Below, one piece after another: positions 1-12,700 of a stretch of DNA of 64,000 nt; position 1 is the first letter of the stretch, and each line of letters opens with the position of its first letter. Source of the stretch: Monocercomonoides exilis PA203 (Eukaryota > Protista > Preaxostyla). The stretch spans positions 868,001 through 932,000 of the forward strand of contig LSRY02000034.1 in assembly GCA_001643675.2 (NCBI GenBank), written 5' to 3'. Both the position numbers and the translations under genes were made by a program. Below the pieces are notes generated by a model. The model was not told the DNA's origin. It was given only the letters and a program-made list of their open reading frames with translations, and ran no database searches.

Positions 1-310
1 ATTTGATGAATCTGAGAAAATAAAAATTCAAGAAGTGAAATGATTCACACATCTTGACAGAAGATATCAAAGCAATGAGAAGGCAACAGAAGATATTCAA
101 AAAAGAATGTTTTTTTTTTGAAGCATGTCCGAATGTCCATCGAAAGAGAGAAAATCAATTCAAAAAAGAAATAAAGAACATTCCAATATCAAACATTTCA
201 TCTCATGAATGACAAAGGTATTTCTTCATACATACAGTGAAATATTGATTTGTTGAAGTTCAGATAACGAATTTCATTTCCAAAGAGACACTCTTTCGCA
301 ATTATGATGA

Positions 311-2281
311 TTAATTTGTCTTCATCCATTCTGGTGGGTCAATTATTAAATTGTTTTTCCAATAATCAACCATTGTGTCTCCGTCCTTATCGCGAACCGT
401 GATGCCATGTCTCATCCATTCAGGAGGTTCAGTTTTGACATTTGCAATCCAGAACATGGCCATTGTACTTCCAAATTTATTACAAATGGTAATTCCGTGT
501 TTCATCCATTCTGGTGGTTCTGTCTTCACGTTTGCGATCCAGTACATGGCCATTGTCTGCCCATCATTGTCACGGACCATGATACCATGTCTCATCCACT
601 CTGGTGGCTCTGTTCTTACATATTTAATCCATATTGTAGCCATTGTTCTTCCATTGTTTTCAGCAAGTGTAATTCCGTGTCTCATCCATTTGGGCGGATC
701 TGTTTTTACAAATTGAATCCAGTACATCGCCATTGTTCGTCCCCTGCTATCAGTATGAGTTATTCCGTGTCTCATCCATTCAGGAGGTTCAGTTTTGATA
801 TTTGCAATCCATAACATTGCCATTGTTCTTCCATATGTATTACAAATAGTAATTCCGTGTCTCATCCATTCTGGCGGCTCTGCATTTACACTTACAATCC
901 ACAACATAGCCATTGTATTTCCATATTTATCTGCAAGAGTAATTCCATGTCTCATCCACTCTGGTGGTTCTGTTTTCATAAATATAATCCAGTACATGGC
1001 CATTGTCCATTTATCATAATCATCTGGAAGTGTATTTTCATGTCTCATCCATTCAGGAGGTTCAGTTTTGATATTTGCAATCCATAACATTGCCGTTGTT
1101 CTTCCATATTCATCAGCAAGTGTAATTCCGTGTTTCATCCATTCTGGTGGTTCTGTCTCCACATTTGAAATCCATATCATGGCCATTGTATTTCCATCTT
1201 TATCTGCAAGAGTGATATTGTGTCTCATCCATTCAGGAGGTTCTGTCTTCACGTTTGCAATCCAGTTCATGGCCATTGTGCATCCACTTTCATCAGTAAG
1301 AGTGATTCCGTGTCTCATCCATTCTGGCGGATCTGTCTTCACGTGATAAATCCATATCATTGCCATTGTTTCCCCATTCTTATTTGCAAGAGTTATTCCA
1401 TGCCTCATCCATTCAGGAGGCTCTATCTTGACTTCCCTTATCCATATCATTGCCATTGTCCATCCGTCGTTATCAGCCAGAGTAATTCCATGTCTCATGG
1501 ATTCTTGCGGTTCAGTTTTGGTGTTTATGATATGTTGCATTGCCTCTGTTCTTCCATCATCATCACGAAGTGTGTTATCATGAGTTGTCCCATTCTCAGT
1601 GTATGGATTTTTAACAGGTGTTAAACTTCTGGCTTCATTTTTTTCGCATTCATCGCTTTTTGATTCATCACATTTCTTTCCTTCTGATGACTCTTCTTTC
1701 ATTTCTTTCATTGAACTTGTCTCTGTTATTGACTCATGTCCGCTGCTCAATGAGAAGTCAGACGTCATCCATGTTGGTGGCTCAGTTTTGACGTTCTCTA
1801 TCCACAATGTTTCTATTGATTTTCCGTTGTTATCTTTGAGTGAAATATCATGTCGCATCCATTTTGGTGGTGCTGTTTTAACATTTGCAATCCACTTCAT
1901 AGCCATGGTTTGTCCGTTTTTGTTTCCAAGTGTAATTTCGTGTCGCATCCATGTTGGCGGATCTGTTCGAACAAATATGATCCACAACATTGCCATTGTC
2001 CATCCATGATTGTTGCAGTATGTGATTTCGTGTCGCATCCATTCTGGCGGTTCTTTTTTCACATTTCCGATCCAGTGCATGGCCATTGTGTTTCCGTAAT
2101 GATCACAAAGTGTAACATCATGTCTGATGCATTTTGGAGGTTCTGTCTTGACCAGATGAATCCACTTCATCGCCAATGTCCATCCATCTTTATCGCCAAA
2201 CGTTCCACTTTTTTCTGTCCACTTGCTCATTTCCGTTTTATCAAATGCACAGTTGCTCATCGAATCAATATCGTTTCCCAT
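311..2281 (-). CDS. Tandem 30-aa repeat protein (19 units in blocks of 5 and 14; consensus xDxxGxTMAMxWIxxVKTEPPEWMRHGITL), ankyrin-like
   Basis: Uninterrupted 656-aa ORF with 90-nt periodicity in the DNA. The D-x-x-G-x-T turn resembles the ankyrin D-x-x-G-x-T-P-L-H start. An S/E/K-rich linker separates the two blocks. Confidence 0.85.
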   Translation of the reverse strand: MGNDIDSMSNCAFDKTEMSKWTEKSGTFGDKDGWTLAMKWIHLVKTEPPKCIRHDVTLCDHYGNTMAMHWIGNVKKEPPEWMRHEITYCNNHGWTMAMLWIIFVRTDPPTWMRHEITLGNKNGQTMAMKWIANVKTAPPKWMRHDISLKDNNGKSIETLWIENVKTEPPTWMTSDFSLSSGHESITETSSMKEMKEESSEGKKCDESKSDECEKNEARSLTPVKNPYTENGTTHDNTLRDDDGRTEAMQHIINTKTEPQESMRHGITLADNDGWTMAMIWIREVKIEPPEWMRHGITLANKNGETMAMIWIYHVKTDPPEWMRHGITLTDESGCTMAMNWIANVKTEPPEWMRHNITLADKDGNTMAMIWISNVETEPPEWMKHGITLADEYGRTTAMLWIANIKTEPPEWMRHENTLPDDYDKWTMAMYWIIFMKTEPPEWMRHGITLADKYGNTMAMLWIVSVNAEPPEWMRHGITICNTYGRTMAMLWIANIKTEPPEWMRHGITHTDSRGRTMAMYWIQFVKTDPPKWMRHGITLAENNGRTMATIWIKYVRTEPPEWMRHGIMVRDNDGQTMAMYWIANVKTEPPEWMKHGITICNKFGSTMAMFWIANVKTEPPEWMRHGITVRDKDGDTMVDYWKNNLIIDPPEWMKTN

Positions 2282-3159
2282 ATGGATTTATGATGATCGT
2301 GAGATGTTTTTTTGTTGCTTACGAGCTCTTTTTCCAATTTATATGTCAGATCACTTTTAATCAAATGCGATTGTGGGTCAGAATTTCTGATTAAAGAACT
2401 ATATGTTCCGAAGATATAGTAATCTTCAGTAAATAATGAAATTTTGTTTGGAGCGAAAGTGCAGTTTGAGTATTAATGTAATTGATTTTCCTGATTATGA
2501 AAGTTTATTATTTAAAGAGGAAAATGATTTAAGTTTTTGAGGTAAAAAAATATTGCAAATAAAAGTTTTACATCTGATCGATTTGTTCTGAAAATATATT
2601 TTTTTCAGTGTGTATAACAAGAATATATGTTCATAGATCTAGTCGGTCAGCAACAGCTTGAAAATGTCAGTTTATTTTATTTTATTTTTTCATTTAATTG
2701 AACTTAGAAATTTATTAGCAACATTTATTCAAATGATGAAATTTTGAAATATAATACAAAAAATTATTGGTGATTATTTTTGTAATCAAATAATTTTACG
2801 GTGTGTTGTTTTTTCAGTGAATGTTTATCATTCGGAAGATATTTTGTATTCAAATGCATAAAATATAACAACTGTTTTAAAAACAAATGTTTAAGTTGAA
2901 TTAAAAATGAAAATTTGTTTAATAAGCCTTTTCATTTATTACTGTCTATTTAAAAATATTCAATAGAATATTTTGCACCGAATATTTAATAAAAAAATTA
3001 CATGAATTCAGAAATTATCACCCATATTGAAACAAATATTTTATTTGGATAATTATTTTTGATATCATAACTTTTTTCGTGGTGTTAATTTATATCATAA
3101 TTATTTTTTCTTGGAAGATGAATTATTCTTTTGAAGGAAAAAAAGTATAACAATTTTGG

Positions 3160-3206
<47 letters not shown>
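3160..3206 (+). repeat. Poly(A) run, 47 nt
   Basis: Direct read. Confidence 0.95.
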
Positions 3207-3208
<2 letters not shown>

Positions 3209-6200
3209 TACATTTAAGAACATATTCAAGAAAATATGGGATATTATTCAGGATTAAATACATTTTCATTTGCAAATTATGCCCTTCTCAAAAAATAATT
3301 CTTTAACTCGAAATATTAACTAATATCTAAAGAAACATTTCATATAAATACAAATATTACATTTGAAGTGTTATTAGTGTTTTTTTTCTGAAAAGTCACC
3401 ACAGATCAAAATATTCACACATGGAAGACAAATTCACAACACTCCATTACCATCATTTATTAAAAATCTGTGTATTTTTCTATGAATGTTTGTTTGATAA
3501 TGAATTATCAATTCATGCAAAAACATTACTTATTTTCTATATTTTTTAATGTTATTTTATGAACAATTTAAAATTTTATTTTCTATTGAAATTGAATTTG
3601 TTGATTTGTGGAGTATTTTCTAAAAGAAGAGACATTTAAACGACAAGATGTCTCTTGAAATACATCATAGAAAAACAATGAGGCTCTTAACAATTCATAT
3701 ATTTGAAATAATTGTATTAAATTTTGTCAAGGCTATACTGATGACTCGCAATTTCTATCAATGGCTGATAATTATAATTTATTTCAGCGAATAACATTTT
3801 CAGGAGTTATAAGATTGCAGCCAGGTCTTTCTGCGGAAAAAAATGCATTTTTGAGATTCTTCAATTCTTCAGCTGAACTGAACAATTTGGCGTTTGAATG
3901 CTTTTCTTCATTATGTGTGCAAATAACAGACAAATCGAAACTCACGGTTTATTCCTGTATTTCCCACCAAAAATCGTTATCTCCTTTTCACTTGCAAAGT
4001 GGGTCAATTAGCATGGTGAATTTGAGTTTGATCCACCAAAGGAATTTTTACCCTTCAAGCCTCAAATTTTTATCTGAAGATTCTTATTCAGTCGTTCTGA
4101 AAAATTCCATAAAAACAGATCTGACTTGAGCATCATCAAACTGTTTATTAGTGTCTGGAAAAACCGAATGCGAACGGATTCATGACTATTCCTTTTGAGA
4201 CATAACCTTGAAATATGAAAAGAATAGTGATTATCAAATTGAGAACCCATTCTGTTCGAGATTACTGAAATAGGAGAAACACAAATCAGTATGTTAGGCA
4301 TCCCTTTTGGTAATGAAATCACTCAAAATACAAAATTAACCGCTAAACTGATTGATGCTCAAAATGTTCAGCTTCAGAGAGATAAACTCAATCATATGCA
4401 TTCTCATAAGCTGAATGGAACATGGTTTTTTGAAACATTCTCCACACTCAACAAGTGGTCGGAGAAGCGAGACCGACCAACCTGCTGATTCACTTTAAGT
4501 CGGAGGCTGAAAAGAAGATGAATGTTCTTGATGAGAAAAGATGGTGCGCATGTTGCATCGAAGTGCAGAAGAGGTGCAGAAGCGATGAAAAAGGAGGAAG
4601 TGATTTTAGGGAATTTCAAAGTCTCTTCAAAGAAGGCACGAAATCAAACAGAAAAATAACTACTACGTAGAGAAAGTCTCATTTAATCCAATACATGCAA
4701 CCAAAGTTATACGTTCTCCTCATCAAACATATACAACATTGACAAACCTTTCTTTTAATTATCTCTTTTCAACGAAATTTCTCCGGTTATCTCCTCGAAA
4801 GTTCATAATTTCAACAATGAACTTTTCATTAACTTCACAAGAAGATAGTCTTGCCAACATGCACCTGCGCCAATATCAATTTCTTCAAAGTTCAAAGAGT
4901 GCAACTAAACGTCAAGTGATATTTTCACATTCAGAATTTGCTCTTCTTATTCTTCTTATCCTTTCGCACACATCTTCGCCTCACATCCACTTCATCAATA
5001 ACTGAACGCAAATCCTTTCAAAGCATTTCCTCAGCTCACATATCTCACTCAAAAAGAATTTACATGCATTCTAAAAACAACTTAAAAAAGAAAGATAGAA
5101 AGAAAGAAAGAGCCTATTCCAGTGACATTTTCTCTTCAAGAAGCTCCCCTTTCCCTTTTTCTTATATTACAGTCACACCTCTTTCCTCGTCTGCGCCTTC
5201 AAACTCGTCTTCTCCTGCTCTTTTGCCTCTATCTTGCATATTTCCGTAGAGATATTCTTCTTCGCCAGGATCACATAATTCAATAATTTTTTTTTTCATT
5301 ATCAATATCATAATCATCACCTTCTTCTTCTTCTCCTGAATCATTCACTTGAATATCCCTTGACATTTCCCCCGCCTTTACCAGCACAGCCTTCAAAGAA
5401 GGAGCGCTCCTTGTGGGACTGATGAACTGGAATTACAACAAAGAATCGCAGTTCAATCTGAACTACTGCTCTTTTCGCGCATCGACACACTCAACCATTG
5501 TTCATCACTTCAACAAACCACTTTGCTCATGGCTCTCGCACTTCGAGTTCTTCAGCCAAGACCTATTCGGTGCGCCGGTCTACACACGTCTTATTCCTAA
5601 CAACCAAAATACAGCCTGTCCTCCTTAATGAGTATGTCTCTCTTGTCATCAAGTTTCAGGAAGCTATATTGTTCAGTACACAAGTCTCTCAGAACGCCGA
5701 GACCGATACCAACTCCATGAGCACTTGGTTCGAATAATGCTAGAATTTGGACTTTTTCCTTTCGCAATATCGCAATTTTCAAAAGACCTTGAAGTCGCTT
5801 ATCCAGCGTTGCCACGCAGCCAAAGTGGAGCAAAGAAGATACGTGCAAGCAAAAAGCTTTCTTCCAGTGTGTGACGCGATATGTCAATTGGCTCGTAAGT
5901 CTCCTTGTGTCTGGATACATTTGGAGCATTTGTGAAGAAGCTAAACATGCTGAAGGCAAGCAAATCCTAATCAAAAAATGAGTTGAGTGGGATGATGAAG
6001 GATCTCGCTCAACAGCCCCCTCCCCCCTCCCCCCGCTCCCCCACATTGCAGACAGAAGATGCGTTTCAGGAGAACCTGAATGCTACGATGACGATTATGA
6101 TAGACGAAAGAAAGCTGTTTTTGAAGCATAGGCGGCAGATCAAGCAGAACATGCATGGAATGCAGGTTAATGAAGATACAAACAAAGATGCGATTTCGGC

Positions 6201-7279
6201 TTTTTTTTGCAAAGCAAAAACAGAAATTGAAGAATTCAGAGAGGGAAATAATGAATGTTCCTCTGACATACCTGCTCTTTACCATTAGGTCTCATATGGT
6301 GATAATTCAGGCTTCCCTCTTTATTGTGGAGAAAAAACAAATGCTTGCGATGAAAAACCACCTTCCTTCGAGTGTTTATTCTGTACTTGGCTCGAAGGCA
6401 AAACAAATTAACCACAAACTTTTTCTTCCGATTCACTTTTGATGTCTTCTGCTTCTTCTGCGTCTTCAGCTTGAACATTTGAAAAAGCGGTGATGATGGG
6501 TTCACCAGGTTGTGGGTGATCATCTTCAATTACTTTTGTTTCTTCTTCTTTTTCTTCTGTCTTAATAAACTCTTTCAATCAGACCCGTCTTCATCGCTTT
6601 CACAATAAAACTGTTCATTTGACATCAATCTGTGCAACATCAACAAATTCTTCTTTTCATTTTTATCATCATTCTCATCTTCCTCTCCATCCCCCGATAT
6701 CAACCACTACGAAGATATCACATCATCCACCTGCCCGACTCCACAATGGAGAAACTGTCGACATGATGAACTTAATGACTTCACATATATCAATGACGTT
6801 GCTGCACAGTTATCCACAGAGAACTTTGAGACAAAAAAACTCTTCTTCTCTGTCTGTGATGAAATGATATTGTTCTCACTGTTAAAGATATTTACACTCG
6901 ATAAGACGTTTGAGCTCTTTCTCTCGTCATCCAATGAAGGCAATAACAGCAATGATAAAGACGAAGGCAATGATTATCACAACTCATAGAACGATCCGTC
7001 AATTCCTCTCTTTACACCATTTTTCGAAAAACTGGTTTTGATGAGCAAGCAATTGAACAAAAAAAAAGATCACGAGAAACGAATTGCAAAAGCCAGGAGA
7101 TGCGCATGCGCTAACTGATGAAAAGATGCAATTGCAGTTTCAGGCACAAACACAAACAGGAAAACAGATTTAGACACAACATCTTGTAATCATTCCTCCT
7201 TCTGGAAATAATTTTTTCCTTCTTCTTCGACAGCTGCTGAGCTCGCGTCCTCAGCTAATGTGGCAAAGTTTGTTATGTC

Positions 7280-8445
7280 GTTGATTTTGTTTTCTTTATC
7301 TGCATCAACTGCTTCATCAACGTTATATTATTCCTTTTCTTCCTCTGCTCCTCATCGATGTCACTTAGACAGTGCTCCTTCTGCAACCTGCCCATCTTCC
7401 TCTTCTTCCTCTTCTTCCTCTTCTTCTTCCTCTTCCTCTTCCTTCTCCAAATCAATCGAACTGCCCTCTCTCTCCGACTCCTCATTTTATGTCAAACCAT
7501 TCATCCACATATGCGCATGTTCCACATCTTTTCTCACTCCCTCTGAACTTATATATGAAGTTATTCCCAAAGATCCATCTGCTGCTTCTTCTGCTGCTCT
7601 CCTGCTCTCATGTTGGGTACCATCAGATGGAGAAGAACTGCATTCTTCTAATTCCACTTAATGCTGCTTGCCTGTCTTTTCATGTGTCTCCTCCTTCACA
7701 AACCTCAGCCCACTCAGTCCAAGTGCCTCAACTAGCGGCTCCATCGCTTCTTCCAGCTTCCCCTGGTTCTCTTTAATTCTCTCCACAAACTCTCTGTGCA
7801 CTGTCCGATGCCCGCCTTTCACTCTATTTCCTCCTCCTTCCTCTGCCTCTTCTCGCTCCTCCAGCACCGCCAGCGCAATCGCTGCTGGAGGCAGAACCAC
7901 ATCCTCCATCCTCAGCCCTGCTGCCGACAGCCCCTTCTCCACAATCTCCTCCACTTCACACACCGCAACCCTTAGCACCATCACTTTCTCGTTCAGCTTC
8001 ACAACCACACACCTCAACTGTTGTGATCGCCATATCTGCATTGAAGTGTCAAACAGATCTAAGATCGATTGGAATGCATTCACATCTGCCGCTGCAAAGA
8101 TACGCTTGCTTCCCGACTTCTTTCTCACTGATGCTGCAAGTGAACGAAAGCAGCGCAACTAGCGGAACTGAAAGCGTCTCCAAAAGCTCCACATCATACG
8201 CACACGCAACATCCCCATTCAATGCAACCAGCTATGTCACGCCACAACATATCCCTCGAAGCGTCTGCAGCACATACACCTCAGCTGCCTCAGGTACCAC
8301 TATCCTCAGCCGCCTCTCGATGTCATCCATCGCTCCTACCGACGTGTATGACGCCGCCACCTTCGACACATCCGAAGGGTCAATCACAAGCTCCGATAAT
8401 GATGGCTACTCATTCACTGATGCCTTCTTCTCTTCGCTTCTCCGC
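7280..8445 (-). pseudogene. Degraded copy of a multicopy sequence family; second copy at ~36415-37545 on +
   Basis: SLAASVRKKSGSKRIFAAADVNAFQSILDLF here vs SLAASVGTKSGGKRIFAAADVNAFPSINDLF in the second copy. DNA similarity runs about 1.1 kb; both copies have stops or frameshifts. Confidence 0.75.
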
Positions 8446-9734
8446 CTCCGGAATGGCGAAGTTGATCGGTGTGCTGCTCCTGTTGAAGAAGACGAAGAAG
8501 TTGAAGTGTTCAGCAGACATCATGACGGAGAATACAGGAAGAAGAAAAGAAGGAAAGGAAATGTTTCAATAAATGTGAAAGAAAATACGGTCACAAGATG
8601 CAAAAGTTGTGAAGATGAAGAGATATGAGAGACTGCAGAATTTGTCACATCTTCAGCAAATATTAACTGGATGCAGAAGTGAAACTGACAGAAGAAAAAC
8701 AAAAAGAACAAGAGATGGAAAGAGATGAAGAGTTTCAGATTGAGATAGATTTGAAAGCTACATCTGCAAAGTCATTGGCTAAAGATACTATATTTCTGAT
8801 GGAGACAAAGAATGCATGTCATGAAGATTTCTTCAAGAAGAAAAGAAAGATACCAAATAGAAACAGATAATTATTGAATATTTGATAAATCTATAAATAA
8901 CGCAAAGGAAAATCCAAAATAATTAAAATCAAAGAAAAAAAAAGGAATACCATTAAAAAATACAGATGAAACTGAAAGAAATAACAGAAAAGAAGAAAAG
9001 GAAAAAGAGAACGAGGAAGTTTTGGAATAAAAAGAAAATTAATTAATCAAAATCGAGAAAAAAAATAATTAGACCAAAATGAAAAAGTGAAGTGATCCAG
9101 AACGAGAGATTCCGCTCGAAATGGAAAAAGAGCAAAATGAAAAGTGGCATATGAAAAAAGATCTGATCAAGAGGATTGCTGTGCTGAAGATTGAAAAAAT
9201 CACATTCGATGGAGATGTGATCAATGAGAAAATGAAACGCGTTCTGGATGTGAAAGACGAGAATCTCAACGTTGAACAGAAAAAAGCCAGGAGCTAACGG
9301 AAGAATTCATCAAGCGAGAGAAGAGGGGAATATAAAATGACTCAAGCAGATTTTTAAAAAAATAATAGAAAATATGAACATGTGAATTCCTGAACGAATT
9401 TAACATATGAGACTTTTGAATGAGTATAATCAATTTTTGATTTTCAAAACGTGAAACATTAACTGGTTCTTCTTGAATCAGTTGTTTCGAATGTGATTTG
9501 AAAAGAATTTATTTTTTCATTTCTTTACTCATTTGAATGTCATTCGTTAAGCTTATAAAGGGATCGATCTTTCTGTGAAAGATATTTTCAACGTTAAAGA
9601 CAGAAAACATTCAAATGCAACCAAAACAATACACTCTAAGCAAGTGATCCAGAAAGCTGTGGGAATATGCCACCTCCATTTCTGGAGATAACACTTTCGA
9701 TTTATTTGACTATTACATTTTTTCATATAGAAAA

Positions 9735-12700
9735 ATGAAGGAAATCAAAGATTCGTTATATAAAAAATCAAATGGTGTGTGGAACACTTCAAAAATAATT
9801 GAAATCTTAACATTTAACTCTTTTTAATGTATGCATGTTCTATTTCACAGATCAACTTGATGGAGTGATGAATTCTTTGAGTTCAATATTTCCAAAGCTT
9901 CAGAATAAAATGCAAGTTGAATTACTTAAAAATCTGAGCACTTACTGTTCTTATTCACAATTGCGAGATTACCATTACGATATTACACAGGGACAATTCA
10001 ATTACGCGAAATATGGATCACTCCTTCATTATTTGGATGAGGAGAGTGATTGTGAAGATAGAAGATGCAAAAAAAGGCATTATCTCGATGAAGAATCACT
10101 TGCAAAAGTGAATAAGTTTTTGTTCGATAACACAGATGAATCCTCCGAGCTTCAAAAAAGAAAAAACAAAGTCAGAAAAAGTCTCCATGACTCTGAAGGT
10201 CAATATTTTTTTTTTATTTTCTGTTAATTATTTTGTATTATATTTTTCAAAATAAGATTTTGACAATGATGATAGTTGGGGCATTTTAAGTGAAAATTGT
10301 CTTTCTTCATGTGCTGATGATCAACAAAATGAATATTCCAACGAAAGCTATCAAAATTTCGATGAATCAACTCAGTTATCTATTCCACACGTTCCACAAT
10401 TGATTGCAAATGTAAGAAAAACTCCTGTATTTGATCCTTGTTCACCATCGAAACCAGTTGGCTTGAAAAATTTAGGAAATAGCTGTTTCTTTGCTGCAGC
10501 AATACAAATGTTTGCATCAATGAATAAATTCCATTCGAGGGGATTTCAGATAGAAACGAAAGATATTCTTTCTTCATCAATCATCAATATTTGCAAATCA
10601 ATAAATGATCAACAGGGGAATATTGAATCTTACTGGAACGAAGAATTCTACGAAAAATGGAACAATGAAAATGATATTTCAAAAATGGAGGAGCACGAAT
10701 CGGATGATGCAATTGAATGGTTACTGAAAATAATTCGTGAACAATCTCCTACTGCAATGAACAATTTGGGTTGTCATTCAACAGATAATATCATTTGCCA
10801 AATGTGTGGATATGCATCTTTTGAAATGCCACAAAAAGTTGATATTATCATTCTGTAAGGTCATTCAATTGAACATTCGTTGAACGAGTTTCAAATCCTT
10901 TAATCTCAAAAAAAGAACGAAGAATTGAGCTGTCCGTTATGCAGATCGATAGGTGGAGTGATTCAGCAAACTCAATATGCAAACAACTCAGATTTCTTGT
11001 TATTTCGACGTGAGAATATTTTTATTTCAACAAATGAACAAAATGATAAAGACGCTGGATTGAACAGATCATTATGGATGATTGAAGTTTCAAAAAACAT
11101 GCAAATCACTGATCAAGATTCAAATCAGAAAGAGAAATACAATCTTCTTTCCATAATTTTGTTCAATCCAACTGTCCATCATCACATCTGAATCACATTA
11201 TCAGATATTAATCAAATCGAAAACAGCAACGAACGAAATTTCAGTTGGAAAATATGCAACGATGAAAATGTGGAAGTGGTTAATGATCTTGAAGTGAAAA
11301 GCAAATATGAAGGGTTGTGCTCAAACGGATGGAAAACAAGTTTTCTATGTTATGTCAAAAGTTCATTTATTCATATGGAAACTCAAAGACAATCTATTTA
11401 TCTCGATTCTTCTTTTCATCACTTCAGCAATGATTCAAATAGTTCAAACATTGCACCTGAAAACAATATTAATGATTCTTTGTTTTGTGGAGGAGTTAAC
11501 AGAACAACTTATAAAACGAAAAAACAACTTCACAGTGAATTGGTACAAAAAACAGGAATCAAAATGTCCTTCTCATATTTCTGCAAGAAAACACATGGTG
11601 TCATTACAAAACCTAGAGACAGAACTGACTTATGCTCCATTTGCGAAAGAGCAAGATATTTACAGAAATTTTCTCTCAATAGACAACTCAGTGATCAGGA
11701 AAATCAAGAGCTGCAATCCATTTCAGAGCATAAAAAATGGGCAGAATGCCAAAAACAATCTTTTGTTGATTCAAAGAGCAAACTGAAAAACGGAGATCTT
11801 CTTTTGCTGATAGACTTCAAAGAGAATTGGCAGCTTCCGCTTTCAAGAAGAGAAGTCAGTAAAGATTATTACACAAAAAAACAAGTGTCTGACCTGTGCA
11901 TTATTTCATACACAAAACAAAATGATTCACTTCACAAAACATGTCATCACTTCATTTCGGACTGTTTAACTCATGATTTCAGATACGCCATTGAATGCTT
12001 GAACGTAGTAATAGAAAAACATATATCAGAATCACACCTACTTCAATCAACTTTGACAGTTTTTTCGGACTCTGGTCCTCACTTCAGGAATAAATACTTT
12101 TTAAGTAATTTTCTAAGTGGCAGTCAAAATATACAACAATTTTCATCGATATTTGTTAATTGCTTCACAGAGCAGCATGGTAAATCGGAATGCGATGGAG
12201 AGTTTGGATCAATTTCATCAAAATTATCAACAACAAGCTTAGAAACCGGAAGCAATGCTTCATCATTTTGTGCCTTTTTGAAACAAATTTTTGATTCTTC
12301 AATTCAAAGCACTATAAACGAGAAAATGTACAGACAGTTTCACTTGTGTGTTTCACTTTTTTTCATTTAATAACGTTGAAGTTATATATATGGGTGATAA
12401 TTTTTGAAAAGTCGAAAATGTTTAATTTTCAAATAAATCAAAAATTTCATATTTTGCACAAATTATTGTTTGCACCCACGAATCTTCACCAAAGTGGAAG
12501 ATATAATTTGGCAATACCATTCAACACGTTCCTGTAAAGTTGCACGAGCGGGAACTGAAATTTGATCAAGATATGAAATTTTTGATTAATTTTTAAACAA
12601 AACATTTGCAACTTTTCAAAAAGAATCACCCATATATATATATTTTTGGCTTCAGATACACTCCGTCAAATAAAAAAACTTGGAGTTGGCTGAAAATTCC

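Noticed and set aside
311-2281. CRISPR-like array
   Set aside because: The periodicity is a multiple of 3 within an open frame, there are no unique spacers or cas genes, and the context is eukaryotic.
375-2293. Plus-strand repetitive ORFs over the repeat gene
   Set aside because: Antisense shadows of the 90-nt repeat, fragmented by stops.
3761-4670. Possible gene relic
   Set aside because: Short broken ORFs with no motif I can recognise.
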